The notes under the pieces: model-generated
Told to the model about the DNA's origin: nothing
The model's input: the letters and a program-made list of their open reading frames with translations, nothing else
Database searches by the model: none
Origin: Microgenomates group bacterium Gr01-1014_7
GTDB lineage: Bacteria > Patescibacteriota > Microgenomatia > Daviesbacterales > UBA10151
Direction: 5' to 3'
DNA length: 64,000 bases
Assembly (NCBI GenBank): GCA_007376405.1
Contig: VMGD01000003.1
Coordinates: 336 to 64,335 of the forward strand
Position numbers and translations under genes: made by a program
Shown: positions 18,211 through 28,458 of the stretch, in pieces
How the letters are laid out: every line of letters starts with the position of its first letter
Numbering within the stretch: position 1 is the stretch's first letter

Positions 18211-18921
18211 ATGAAACAAGCTGCAATTTGTATATTAGATGGAATGGGGCCTCAAGCAGGAGGATATTTATATAACACCATAATTCAAAAGGCGGTGAGG
18301 GATTATGGTGCTAAAAATAATGACGATTTTCCTGAAATTATTTTATATTCGGTTCCGGTACCGGACTTTATTTCTAACAATAGATCAAAAGATAGAACCT
18401 TAAAAATGTTGCAGGCAAAAGTTAGAGAAACTAATAAACTAGAAATTTCATGTATATCGATTGCATGTAATACTGCACATATACTCTTAGAACAATTACA
18501 AAAGGAAACGGATATTCCCTTCGTTTCTATAATTGAGGAAACAATAAAAGGTGTTAAAAAAGATAAGGTAAGTGTAGTAGGATTAATGGGAACACCGTCT
18601 ACCTTAAGGTTTGGTTTTTATCAAGAGGAATTGAAGAAGGAAGGGATAAAATGTATAGTGCCTTCGAAAGCCCAAATTATTATTCTAGAAAGGGTTACTA
18701 GAAATATTATTGCAGGAAAAGTTCTTCAATCAGATCAAAGCAAACTAATATCAATTGCAGATTCTTTTAAAAAGAAAGGTGCAAGAGCTATTATTTTAGG
18801 CTGCACAGAGTTACCTTTAGGATTTCCTAAAAAGTACTCATTGCCAATTTATAATTCGGTTGAAGAATTATGTAAAGCCTTATTGCGTATATATTATGGA
18901 AGCAATACAATACAAAAGTAG
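18211..18921 (+). CDS. Aspartate/glutamate racemase family protein
   Basis: GMGP, IACNTAH, LGCTEL. Confidence 0.85.
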   Translation: MKQAAICILDGMGPQAGGYLYNTIIQKAVRDYGAKNNDDFPEIILYSVPVPDFISNNRSKDRTLKMLQAKVRETNKLEISCISIACNTAHILLEQLQKETDIPFVSIIEETIKGVKKDKVSVVGLMGTPSTLRFGFYQEELKKEGIKCIVPSKAQIIILERVTRNIIAGKVLQSDQSKLISIADSFKKKGARAIILGCTELPLGFPKKYSLPIYNSVEELCKALLRIYYGSNTIQK

Positions 18922-18922
18922 T

Positions 18923-18952
18923 ATGAAACGTATTCTCACAGGGGATAGGCCA
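18923..18952 (+). pseudogene. Duplicated trpS N-terminus (MKRILTGDRP) left of the TA cassette
   Basis: Encodes the same 10 residues as 19520-19549, with synonymous differences. Confidence 0.8.
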
Positions 18953-18982
18953 ATTGACATTTGTATAACAGTGTAATACAAT

Positions 18983-19267
18983 ATGACCAGAATCATTGTT
19001 AAGGGTTTAGTTTGGGATAGCATAAATTTGGAACATGTTAAAAAACATAATGTTTCTAAAGAGGAAGTTGAGGGAGCTAAAGAGATAATTTATCATAGGC
19101 GTACTTATGGTGGAAAATATTTGGCTACCAGCAGAAGCGGGAATAGATTAATAACTATTATTTTAAGGCGTCAAGGTTTGGGTAAATACTATGTAGTTAC
19201 AGCCAGAGATGCCAGTAGGAAAGAAAGGAGAAAAGTATATGAAATTGAAGAAAAGCAGAATTCCTAA
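18983..19267 (+). CDS. BrnT-like toxin
   Basis: WDSINLEHVKKHNV, VTARDASRKER; paralog of 9469. Confidence 0.75.
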   Translation: MTRIIVKGLVWDSINLEHVKKHNVSKEEVEGAKEIIYHRRTYGGKYLATSRSGNRLITIILRRQGLGKYYVVTARDASRKERRKVYEIEEKQNS

Positions 19268-19523
19268 ATTTAAAACCTATGCGGAAGAGGCTTCATTTTG
19301 GGATACGCATGATATAACTGATTTTGAGGATGAAACAGAAGATGTAGAAATTGTTTTTGAACTAAATAAGCCAAGAGATGAAACGATTGTTTTAAGGGTG
19401 CAAAAAGAAGTTAAGGAAAAATTGGATAAATTTGCCAGAAGTTCAGGATTAAATTTATCTACTCTTTCTAGAATGTGGCTGATGGAAAAATTACAAGAGA
19501 ATTTAAGAAAGGCAAAAATATGA
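19239..19523 (+). CDS. BrnA/CopG-like antitoxin
   Basis: IPKFKTYAEEASFWDTHD, STLSRMWL; paralog of 9728. Confidence 0.75.
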   Translation: MKLKKSRIPKFKTYAEEASFWDTHDITDFEDETEDVEIVFELNKPRDETIVLRVQKEVKEKLDKFARSSGLNLSTLSRMWLMEKLQENLRKAKI

Positions 19524-20515
19524 AAAGAATATTAACAGGGGATAGGCCGACATATGATAGTTTTCATTTGGGAAACTATGTCGGGTCTTTAAAAAATCGA
19601 GTAAAGTTGCAGGATGCATACGAGTGCTTTTTTTTGGTGGCAGATTTACATGCGCTAACTACTCACTTCGATAAGACATCTGATTTGGAGAAAAATATCA
19701 GGGGTTTAATGTTGGGCAATCTTTCAATGGGACTTGATCCTAAAAAAGTAACATTTATTCTGCAGTCTCAAGAGCTGGAGAAACTTGAGCTGGCCTATAT
19801 TTTATCTACTCTTACACAAAGGACTTTACTGGAAAGACAGCCTGCCTTAAAAGAAAAGCTGGATCAAGGTGAACAGGACAGCTTGGGATTATATCAATAT
19901 CCGGTTTTAATGGCAGCTGATATTTTACTCCCCAAGGCTAATCTGGTGCCGGTTGGTAAAGATCAAAAAGCCCATGTTGAGTTTGCCAGGGATTTGGCAA
20001 TTAAGTTTAATAAATTATATGGAGAAGTTTTCCCGGTTCCGGAGCCTTTAATTGGAGAGGGTGGAACTTTGCCTGGAACAGACGGTCAAATCAAGATGGG
20101 AAAGTCTTTAAATAATGCTATTTTTTTGACTGATACACCTGAAGAAGTAGAGAAAAAAGTGATGAGTATGTATACGGATCCCAAAAGAATACACGCTACT
20201 GACCTGGGAACTGTTGAAGGAAACCCTGTTTTTATTTATCTTGATGCCTTCGCATCGGATAGTGACAAGCAACAAATAACAAGATATAAAGAACTTTATA
20301 GAAAAGGCCAGGTGGGAGATATTGAGGTAAAAAAGTTTCTGGTGAAAATTTTAAATAATTTTCTGGATCCTATTAGAAAAAGGCGTGCGCAGTTTGAAAA
20401 ACAGCCGGAATTGGTGGATAAAATCTTAAGAGAGGGAACAAAAAAAGCAAGAATTGAGGCCCAAAAAACTTTAACGGAAGTAAAAAAAGCCATGAAAATT
20501 GATTATTTTGTATAA
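19520..20515 (+). CDS. trpS: Tryptophan--tRNA ligase
   Basis: TGDRPT, HLGN, YPVLMAADIL, VPVGKDQ, KMGKS. Confidence 0.95.
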   Translation: MKRILTGDRPTYDSFHLGNYVGSLKNRVKLQDAYECFFLVADLHALTTHFDKTSDLEKNIRGLMLGNLSMGLDPKKVTFILQSQELEKLELAYILSTLTQRTLLERQPALKEKLDQGEQDSLGLYQYPVLMAADILLPKANLVPVGKDQKAHVEFARDLAIKFNKLYGEVFPVPEPLIGEGGTLPGTDGQIKMGKSLNNAIFLTDTPEEVEKKVMSMYTDPKRIHATDLGTVEGNPVFIYLDAFASDSDKQQITRYKELYRKGQVGDIEVKKFLVKILNNFLDPIRKRRAQFEKQPELVDKILREGTKKARIEAQKTLTEVKKAMKIDYFV

Positions 20516-20535
20516 TGACTTGTGGTGAATAAAAA

Positions 20536-20731
20536 ATGAAAAAAACAGCCCAGCAAGTACAGGATGAAATCTTTAGAAAAATGTCTGCCGATAGAAAGAT
20601 TAAATTAGGCTCAAGCATGTGGAGACTTGCTAAAGAATTAGCTGGAGATAAGATAGATTTTAGAATCAATGGATCCGCAACACTTACTGGTAAAAATAGT
20701 TAAGATATTAAACTCTTTAAAAATTCCTTAG
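20536..20731 (+). pseudogene. Remnant two-gene cassette: 55-aa ORF (20536-20703) plus 20-codon stub of a probable nucleotidyltransferase (20669-20731)
   Basis: MKKTAQQVQDEIFRKMSADRKIKLG... overlapping MDPQHLLVKIVKILNSLKIP*. Confidence 0.4.
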
Positions 20732-20779
20732 AACACAAAAAACTTTAGGGGTTTTAGAAGAAATGATTAGTTTAATCTA

Positions 20780-21103
20780 ATGGTAACTTTTGATGAATTT
20801 TCTAAACTGGAATTAAGAGTTGGTACTGTAATGGAAGCAGAGGAAGTAGTAGAGAGCGAGAAGTTGATTAAGCTTAAAGTGGATTTGGGGGAAGATGAAC
20901 CAAGGCAGATTCTGGTAGGAGTAAAGCAGTGGTATGCCCCCAAAGATTTTGTAGGTAAACAGGTTGTGGTTGTGGCAAATTTGGAACCCAGAATAATGAT
21001 GGGTTTGGAAAGCCAGGGAATGATGCTGGCTGCAGACACGGAAGATGGCCCTGTTTTTCTGACAGTTCCCAAAAAAGTTCCCCCGGGTACAAAAATACGT
21101 TAA
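20780..21103 (+). CDS. tRNA-binding OB-fold protein (MetG C-terminal/CsaA/Trbp111-like)
   Basis: FDEFSKLELRVG, KLIKLKVDLG, NLEPR..GLESQGM. Confidence 0.88.
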   Translation: MVTFDEFSKLELRVGTVMEAEEVVESEKLIKLKVDLGEDEPRQILVGVKQWYAPKDFVGKQVVVVANLEPRIMMGLESQGMMLAADTEDGPVFLTVPKKVPPGTKIR

Positions 21104-21123
21104 GTTGTGTTAAAATTCTCGCT

Positions 21124-22971
21124 ATGGCAAATGGAAAAAGAAAAGTAAATTTAAATAAAAGAATTGCCGGAGTGCTAAAGGGCCTGGCAATTTATGCCTT
21201 GATTGCTTTTGCCGCTTTAATGTTTTTCTATCAGGTGTCCGGCCCTCCACCGGCAGGCAATGAGATGCCAATTTCTCAAATTATCAATGACATTAAAGAC
21301 AATAAAATTCAGAAGCTTTCTCTTGAAGGAACTAGAGTTACTGCCGAATACAAAGAAGGAGGTCAAAAACTGCTCAGTCACAAAGAAGAAGGTGAGTCAA
21401 TCTATAAAATTCTGGAGTCATCCGGAGTTGATCCCAAATCAGTCACCATTGAAGTTAGGGATTTATCCATGCAGCAGGCCTGGGCGGGGGTGATCTCTGC
21501 CATCCTGCCTGTTTTGCTGCTGGTTGGGCTGATGTTTTTACTTTTTAGAAACGCCAGAGAAGCAGGCCAGGGAATTTTCAATTTTGCCCAGTCCCGGGCC
21601 AGACTTTTTACCAAAGATGCTCCCCAAATTAAATTTTCCGATGTGGCCGGAGCCAATGAGGCTAAAAAAGAACTGGAAGAGATTGTAGATTTTCTTAAAA
21701 ACCCGGCCAAATATAAAGAAATGGGGGCAAGGATCCCCAAAGGGGTTTTACTGGTTGGTCCTCCGGGTTGTGGGAAAACCCTGATTTCGCGCAGCGTTGC
21801 AGGAGAGGCTAATGTGCCATTTTATTCCATAGCCGGGTCGGAGTTTATGGAAATGCTGGTGGGGGTGGGAGCAGCGCGCGTGCGTGATATGTTTGCTACT
21901 GCTAAGAAAAACTCACCGTCCATTATTTTTATAGACGAGATTGAATCAATTGGCAGAATGAGAGGTATGGGCATGGTGGGAGGAGGGCATGATGAAAGAG
22001 AACAAACCCTAAATCAGATTCTGGTGGAAATGGACGGATTTACCCCCAACGATCATGTAATAGTAATGGGTGCCAGTAACAGACCGGATATGCTGGACCC
22101 GGCCCTGATCCGCCCCGGGCGCTTTGACAGGAGAGTGGTTATGAATATGCCTGATATTGAGGAGCGAAAGTTCATTATCAAGCTTCATATGAAGGGTAAG
22201 CCTTTTACTGAGGATGTTGATGTGGAAAGGCTGGCCAGACGAACAGTTGGTTTTTCCGGAGCGGATTTATCTAATATGTTAAATGAAGCGGCAATTTTGG
22301 CTGCCAGAGAAGGTAAAAAGGCCATTGACCCCTTATGTCTGGAAGAAGCAGCCACCAAAGTTAAACTGGGGCCACAGCGAAAAAGAATGCAAACGGAAGA
22401 AGATAGAAAACTGGCAGCCTATCATGAGGGAGGTCATGCCATTGTCGGTCACAACCTTCCCAAAGTTGATCCTGTTCACCGGATTACTATTGTAGCCAGA
22501 GGAATGATCGGAGGACATACCACCTTTCCTCCAACAGAGGATCGCTCTAATGAAACCAGATCCCGCCTTTTGGAACAAATCAGCACAGCTTTGGGAGGGA
22601 GAGCGGCAGAGGACATGATTTTTAAAGATATTTCAACCGGTGCGGCCAATGATTTGGAACTGGCAACTGCCATTGCCCGCGACATGGTCACGGAATACGG
22701 TATGTCTGCTCTGGGGCCAATTAATATTAAGCCACATCCGATGTTTGGACTGTGGGCCAGAATGCAGGATGAAGGTGGAGGGGTATCTCAAGCCATGCAA
22801 TCCAAAATAGATAATGAGATTAAAAAGATCATAGATTCCTGCTATAAACAGGCAGTAAATATTTTGCATAAAAATAAACCAAAGCTTGATAAAGTAGCCG
22901 AAGCTCTTCTGGAAAAAGAAACTTTAGATACAGATGAATTTGAAAAATTAGTGGGAAAGAAGAAAAGTTAA
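21124..22971 (+). CDS. ftsH: ATP-dependent zinc metalloprotease FtsH
   Basis: Two TM segments, [30 protein letters not shown]. Confidence 0.97.
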   Translation: MANGKRKVNLNKRIAGVLKGLAIYALIAFAALMFFYQVSGPPPAGNEMPISQIINDIKDNKIQKLSLEGTRVTAEYKEGGQKLLSHKEEGESIYKILESSGVDPKSVTIEVRDLSMQQAWAGVISAILPVLLLVGLMFLLFRNAREAGQGIFNFAQSRARLFTKDAPQIKFSDVAGANEAKKELEEIVDFLKNPAKYKEMGARIPKGVLLVGPPGCGKTLISRSVAGEANVPFYSIAGSEFMEMLVGVGAARVRDMFATAKKNSPSIIFIDEIESIGRMRGMGMVGGGHDEREQTLNQILVEMDGFTPNDHVIVMGASNRPDMLDPALIRPGRFDRRVVMNMPDIEERKFIIKLHMKGKPFTEDVDVERLARRTVGFSGADLSNMLNEAAILAAREGKKAIDPLCLEEAATKVKLGPQRKRMQTEEDRKLAAYHEGGHAIVGHNLPKVDPVHRITIVARGMIGGHTTFPPTEDRSNETRSRLLEQISTALGGRAAEDMIFKDISTGAANDLELATAIARDMVTEYGMSALGPINIKPHPMFGLWARMQDEGGGVSQAMQSKIDNEIKKIIDSCYKQAVNILHKNKPKLDKVAEALLEKETLDTDEFEKLVGKKKS

Positions 22972-23037
22972 TGAATAATGGCGGATTTATGCCCAAATTG
23001 TTGCACAATCCGAACTTAAGGGGTAATATCATCATTA

Positions 23038-23682
23038 ATGAGATTTACCATAGTGTTGACTCTTGCTGCTTTTTTTGTTTTTTCTTCAGGCCAGGTGGTT
23101 TTGGCCAATGAGGATCAAATTGGCCAGTCCAGAATTCATCCTGCCTCCCCTTTTTATTTTTTAAAATCAGTTAGAGAAATATTGGAATTAAAGTTTGCAG
23201 GAACAACAAATGTAAAAAGTCTGCGCTATTTGGAATTTTCTACCAGAAGAATAAGAGAGGTAAAAAGCTTAATGTCGGTTAACCGTCCTGATTTAATTCC
23301 TCCTACTTTGGAAAAATACTCCTCAAGCCTAGAAAAGGTTTTGGGTCTAATTAATTTCAGGGATGAAGTTTTAGGTCCTCAAGTAATTGATAAAGTTGGG
23401 AAACATGTACTCATACTTGAGGGACTTTTCAATCAAACCGAAAACCAGAAAGCTAAAATAGCCATCAGATTGGCCATTTATAGAATTTCCCGCTGGAATG
23501 AACAACTTTTAGGAAGACTTGTTTCAGAAGATAAGGTTAGATTGTCTCCAGAAATTACTAAAAATCAGGCTTTTATCTGTAATTTCCTGTCCAAAGAAGC
23601 CTCATCTTCTGCCTTAAATGATACGGAAAAGGCAGTCTTAACCCAGCGGGCACAAAAATGCCTTCAAATTAAATCTTTGTAA
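23038..23682 (+). CDS. Secreted helical protein (DUF5667-like)
   Basis: Signal peptide, PASPFYFLK..RE motif. Confidence 0.6.
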   Translation: MRFTIVLTLAAFFVFSSGQVVLANEDQIGQSRIHPASPFYFLKSVREILELKFAGTTNVKSLRYLEFSTRRIREVKSLMSVNRPDLIPPTLEKYSSSLEKVLGLINFRDEVLGPQVIDKVGKHVLILEGLFNQTENQKAKIAIRLAIYRISRWNEQLLGRLVSEDKVRLSPEITKNQAFICNFLSKEASSSALNDTEKAVLTQRAQKCLQIKSL

Positions 23683-24830
23683 AACCCTAAGAGTTTATTA
23701 ACAGTTTTCTCAACAGAATATTGTTTGATCAGTTCCAGGGATTTTTCTTTCATTTGATCGGCTGTTTTTACATCATAAACTATTTGCTCAATTTTTCGAG
23801 CTAACCCTCTTGTATCACCCGGTTTGACAAGAAAGCCATTCGAAGAGACAAGTTCAATCAAACCTGCCTGTTTCACTCCGACAATAGGCAATCCAAAAGA
23901 CATGGCCTCCAAAACAGCCATTGGATTGTTTTCCATAGCGGAGGCTGTGGCAAATACACCTCCAAGGCCTAAAAGTCCGGATGATAAAAGATATTGATGG
24001 TCAATAAAACCGGTAAATATAATCTCTTTTTCCAGACCAAGTTTCTTAGTCAGTTTAATCAGGCTTTTTTTAGCCGGGCCGTCACCGATTATAAGTAAGC
24101 TGATATCACGATGATTTTTTGCCAGAATATGAAAGGCCTTAATCAGCTGATCAACATTTTTTTCATAAGACAGTCTGCCAAAATGCAGCACAACTTTTTC
24201 TTTCAGGCCATACTTTTTCTTAAGTGCTTCCTTTGCCTTGACAGATAAGTGTTTAGGTTGATTTAAGTCAATACCGTTTGGCAAATAAGAAACTTGTCTT
24301 TTAAAACCGTTTTTATTTAACTCCGAGGCAAGTATTTTTGAAGGGGAAAGCACCATATTACACTGGCTATACAGAAAATTAAGATAGCTCTGGGAGACTT
24401 TATCTAACAGTTTAACTGCCAGTTTATATTTTACAAAACGCAAATAATCGGAGTTGGTAAAATAAATATGGACCGTGCCAACCAAAGGTTTTTTAAAAAT
24501 TTTGGCTGCCATTACCGCATCCATGCCAATGGTGAAAGGGGAGTGCAGGTGAATAATATCGGGCTTAAATTTGGTCAAATATTGTATTACCCTGGGCAGG
24601 CCAAATACCCCGAACTTGAATTCGGTATAAATTAGAGCGGGAACAGTGGGTAAATGGACTACGGTCACGTTTTTGGCTTTGAATCTCTCCCGCTTGATGC
24701 CGTCTAATTTAGGGGTAAATATCAAAATATTGTGTCCCAGCTCACCCAAAATCCTGGCCTGATTGGACAGGGAGGTGGCAATACCGTTTACCTGAGGCAA
24801 AAACATATCAGTAAAATATGCAATCTTCAT
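23664..24830 (-). CDS. GT4 glycosyltransferase
   Basis: FTDMFLPQVNG, GRLSYEKN, E-x7-EAM motif. Confidence 0.9.
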   Translation of the reverse strand: MKIAYFTDMFLPQVNGIATSLSNQARILGELGHNILIFTPKLDGIKRERFKAKNVTVVHLPTVPALIYTEFKFGVFGLPRVIQYLTKFKPDIIHLHSPFTIGMDAVMAAKIFKKPLVGTVHIYFTNSDYLRFVKYKLAVKLLDKVSQSYLNFLYSQCNMVLSPSKILASELNKNGFKRQVSYLPNGIDLNQPKHLSVKAKEALKKKYGLKEKVVLHFGRLSYEKNVDQLIKAFHILAKNHRDISLLIIGDGPAKKSLIKLTKKLGLEKEIIFTGFIDHQYLLSSGLLGLGGVFATASAMENNPMAVLEAMSFGLPIVGVKQAGLIELVSSNGFLVKPGDTRGLARKIEQIVYDVKTADQMKEKSLELIKQYSVEKTVNKLLGFYKDLI

Positions 24831-24904
24831 AAATCTAAACCCAATTGTGGGTTCAAGGTTATCCGCCGTAGGTGGATGTTCTTATTATATGTTAAATTAA
24901 TTAT

Positions 24905-25897
24905 ATGGGCAAAAAAGTTTTAGTTGCAGGATTGGGATTTGTTGTTTTGGTTCTGCTTGGACAGCTAATTTTTAATTACATATATAATTTCCCAAAGCAA
25001 GTTGAATACGGAGTAACCTTTTCTCCGCAGTATGCAAAATATCTGGGACTTAATTGGAAAGAAATTTATATCAAGATGCTGGATGAACTTAAAGTTGACC
25101 GGCTACGACTTCCCTCCTATTGGGAAGATATAGAAAAACAGCGGGGAAATTTTAATTTTGAAGATGAGGATTTTATGCTGGATGAAGCAGGGAAAAGAGG
25201 CGCGAAGATAATTTTGGTGGTGGGTGTAAGACAACCACGCTGGCCTGAGTGTCATCTGCCTTCCTGGGCAATGAGTTTAAGTTTGGAACAAAAAAGAGCA
25301 AAGATTTTGCAGTTTGTCCAGCAGGTGGTTGAAAGGTACAAAAATAATGATGCTATTGAGGCAATTCAAGTTGAAAATGAGCCTTTTCTGCCTTATTTTG
25401 GTGAAAATTGCGATAAAGGGGATAAGAGGTTTTTAAAAACAGAAGTTGAGCTGGTTAGAAGTTTAACCAATAAGCCAATTATTGTATCAGACTCCGGAGA
25501 GCTGGGTAGCTGGATAGTACCGATGCAGACATCGGATATTTTCGGAACAACCCTTTATCGTGATGTCTATAATCCTTTGATGGGCTATATTTCATATCCA
25601 ATCCTGCCATATTTTTATAATCTAAAGTCTTGGGTTATAAGAAGAATTTTCGCTCCCGAAAATCAAAAAACCGTCATTGTTGAACTTCAGGCAGAACCCT
25701 GGCTGGCCAGTAAAGACCTGCAGCGCAGCCCTGAAAAACAGGCAACACTTTTTTCTTTAAAAAAGCTTCAAAGTTATATAAATTATGCTGAAAAAACCGG
25801 GTTTGATGAAATTTACCTTTGGGGAGTGGAGTGGTGGATCTGGCTGGAAGAACATGGGCACCCCGAATATCTGGATTTTATAAAAACTCTTTTATAG
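24905..25897 (+). CDS. Membrane-anchored glycoside hydrolase, clan GH-A-like
   Basis: N-terminal TM, QVENEP acid/base, ELQAEPW, LWGVEWW. Confidence 0.65.
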   Translation: MGKKVLVAGLGFVVLVLLGQLIFNYIYNFPKQVEYGVTFSPQYAKYLGLNWKEIYIKMLDELKVDRLRLPSYWEDIEKQRGNFNFEDEDFMLDEAGKRGAKIILVVGVRQPRWPECHLPSWAMSLSLEQKRAKILQFVQQVVERYKNNDAIEAIQVENEPFLPYFGENCDKGDKRFLKTEVELVRSLTNKPIIVSDSGELGSWIVPMQTSDIFGTTLYRDVYNPLMGYISYPILPYFYNLKSWVIRRIFAPENQKTVIVELQAEPWLASKDLQRSPEKQATLFSLKKLQSYINYAEKTGFDEIYLWGVEWWIWLEEHGHPEYLDFIKTLL

Positions 25898-25920
25898 ACA
25901 CGTCGTGATATAATCGGACG

Positions 25921-26226
25921 ATGGAGAATCTGGAAGCTAGACAAATTGGTTGGAGAGAAGTTATGGGTCGGGAGGTGGTTGAGATTGCCATAGCGCCTTT
26001 AACCTATGCCATGGATTTGCGTTCTTGTCTGGGAAGAGAGCCTGGATGGCTCAGTAGAGCTGGAGTATTAATCTTTCCTGTAGCTGTAGGAGTAGGTTTG
26101 GGCATACTTACACAAGATCCGGCTGCCGGAGCAAAAATCGGTTTGACAGCTTGGATGATAGAAGGATTTGGTATAGAGGTTGAGAGAACCCTTCGCTTTT
26201 TTGCAGCAGCATATATCAATCGGTAA
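25921..26226 (+). CDS. Hypothetical membrane protein
   Basis: Fills the intergenic gap after a TATAAT; hydrophobic segment. Confidence 0.45.
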   Translation: MENLEARQIGWREVMGREVVEIAIAPLTYAMDLRSCLGREPGWLSRAGVLIFPVAVGVGLGILTQDPAAGAKIGLTAWMIEGFGIEVERTLRFFAAAYINR

Positions 26227-26280
26227 ATCTACGTTTAATCGGGATCGAAGAATAGTCTATTTCATGCTACAATCGTCATA

Positions 26281-28446
26281 ATGAAACGCCTTGTTTTAAT
26301 TGATGGTAATGCTTTGCTGCATCGGGCTTATCATGCCACACCTCCTTTTACCACCTCAAAAGGGGAACTGGTTAATGCTGTTTATGGATTTTCTTCAATG
26401 ATTCTAAAGGTTTTAAGTGATCTTAAGCCTGATTTTATGGCTGTAACCTGGGATGAAAAGGGGCCTACATTCCGCCATCAGGTCTATACTCAGTATAAAG
26501 CCACCAGAGCGCAAACAGATGAGGCTTTAAGTAATCAGTACAAAAGAGTTCATGAGCTGATTAAAGCATTCAATGTACCGGAGTTTAGCTTAGCTGGATA
26601 CGAAGCAGATGATTTAATAGGAACACTGGCAATTCAAGCCTTGAAAACTCTGGGAGTGGAAGTAATTGTAGTAACCGGTGACCGAGATATTATGCAGCTT
26701 ATAAATGGGAAAGTTAAGGTTTTAATGCCTAAAAAAACTCTTGCTGATGTTGGACTTTACGGAGAAGAGGAATTTGCGGCCAAATATGGGTTTCCGCCCG
26801 GACAATTAGTAGACCTAAAAGGCTTGGCAGGAGATGCCTCTGATAATATTCCGGGAGTGTCAGGAATAGGGGAGGTTAGTGCTACCAAGCTGATACACCA
26901 GTTTGGGACCATAGAGCAAATTTTCAAACCGGAAAATCTAAAAACTCTGCCTGACAGAATGCAAAAGCTTCTAAGCGAGGGGGCAGAGGATGCTGTGATG
27001 AGCAAAAAGCTGGCTACTTTGGATTTGAATGCTCCGATAAACCTAAATTTGGAAAAATGTGCGATACATGATTTTGATAAAAATAGAGTAGTTTCGTTAT
27101 TTGAAGAACTGGAATTTAAGAGTCTAATAAATAGGATACAGGCCTTCGGCTCTGAGGTTCAGGCTCGAAGAGGTACAGGTGACAGTGGACAGGAAATTCC
27201 ACAAGCAAAACAAAATAAGCACACATCAGATTTAGATCAGGCTGTTGCTCCGATTCTTGAAAAAATGTCAAAACATGGAGTACTGGTTAATCTTAAGTTT
27301 TTAAGTAAACTTGGCAAGGAGTTGAAAAATAGGCTTACTAAACTTGAGAAAGAAATTTACTCGAAGATTGGGCATCAGTTTAATCTGAATAGTCCAAAGC
27401 AACTGCAAGTTGTACTATTTGATGAGCTAAACTTGCCGGTTATTAGAAAAACTAAAACTGGACGTTCCACTGATGAAGCCACTTTACATGAACTCTCAAG
27501 CGCTCATCCTTGTATCCCACTTCTTTTAGAGTATAGAGTGCTTTTTAAGCTGGTTTCGACCTACATTGATGCTCTGCCAAAGTCAGTGGGTTCTGACGGT
27601 AGGATTCATTCTACATTTAATGTTGAAGGGGCTGCCACCGGAAGATTGTCATCCAAAGATCCTAATTTACAAAATATTCCAATTAAAACCGAGCTTGGCG
27701 GAGAAATCAGAAAGGCATTTGTGGCGCCCAAAGGCAAAGCGTTACTGGCAGCGGATTATTCTCAAATTGAGCTTAGGATAATGGCGCATTTTTCGGATGA
27801 TCCTGCGCTAAAACTTTTCTTTGAGCAGGGCTTGGATATACACAGCGCCACAGCAGCTAAAATTTTTAAAGTGCCCATAGATCAAGTTACAAAAGAGCAG
27901 AGAATGGTGGGAAAAACCATGAATTTTGCCACTTTATATGGCCAGGGCCCTCATGCGCTGTCCCGGCAACTTAAGATTCCCTTTGAGCTTGCCCAGCAAT
28001 ATATTCTGGAGTATTTTGAACAATTTCCAAAAGTTAGGGAGTGGATGCAAAAAACTTTGGAATTTGGGATAGAAAAGGGATATGTTGAAACTTTGTGGGG
28101 CCGCCGCCGCTATATTCCGGAGCTTCAAGCAGGTAATAGGATGATTAAATCTGCCGGGGAGCGAGCAGCCATAAATCATCCTGTTCAAGGAACTGCAGCG
28201 GATATGATTAAAAAGGCAATGGTGGAAATAGATCAAGCGTTAACCGGACGCTTAACGCTTCACGGTTTACCCTGTCGAATGATTCTGCAAGTTCACGATG
28301 AGCTTTTATTTGAGTGTTCACCAAAGTCTGTGAAAGAAGTGGCCAAAATGGTCAAAGATAAAATGGAAAATGCCTTAAAGTTATCAGTTCCTGTTATAGT
28401 AGATCTCAAGATTGGCAATAACTGGGGAGAGATGAAGGCTTTGTGA
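26281..28446 (+). CDS. polA: DNA polymerase I (5' nuclease + polymerase, no 3'-5' exonuclease domain)
   Basis: LIDGN, EADD, GDASDNIPG, DYSQIELR, QVHDEL; only 721 aa. Confidence 0.95.
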   Translation: MKRLVLIDGNALLHRAYHATPPFTTSKGELVNAVYGFSSMILKVLSDLKPDFMAVTWDEKGPTFRHQVYTQYKATRAQTDEALSNQYKRVHELIKAFNVPEFSLAGYEADDLIGTLAIQALKTLGVEVIVVTGDRDIMQLINGKVKVLMPKKTLADVGLYGEEEFAAKYGFPPGQLVDLKGLAGDASDNIPGVSGIGEVSATKLIHQFGTIEQIFKPENLKTLPDRMQKLLSEGAEDAVMSKKLATLDLNAPINLNLEKCAIHDFDKNRVVSLFEELEFKSLINRIQAFGSEVQARRGTGDSGQEIPQAKQNKHTSDLDQAVAPILEKMSKHGVLVNLKFLSKLGKELKNRLTKLEKEIYSKIGHQFNLNSPKQLQVVLFDELNLPVIRKTKTGRSTDEATLHELSSAHPCIPLLLEYRVLFKLVSTYIDALPKSVGSDGRIHSTFNVEGAATGRLSSKDPNLQNIPIKTELGGEIRKAFVAPKGKALLAADYSQIELRIMAHFSDDPALKLFFEQGLDIHSATAAKIFKVPIDQVTKEQRMVGKTMNFATLYGQGPHALSRQLKIPFELAQQYILEYFEQFPKVREWMQKTLEFGIEKGYVETLWGRRRYIPELQAGNRMIKSAGERAAINHPVQGTAADMIKKAMVEIDQALTGRLTLHGLPCRMILQVHDELLFECSPKSVKEVAKMVKDKMENALKLSVPVIVDLKIGNNWGEMKAL

Positions 28447-28458
28447 TATACTTTCCTC

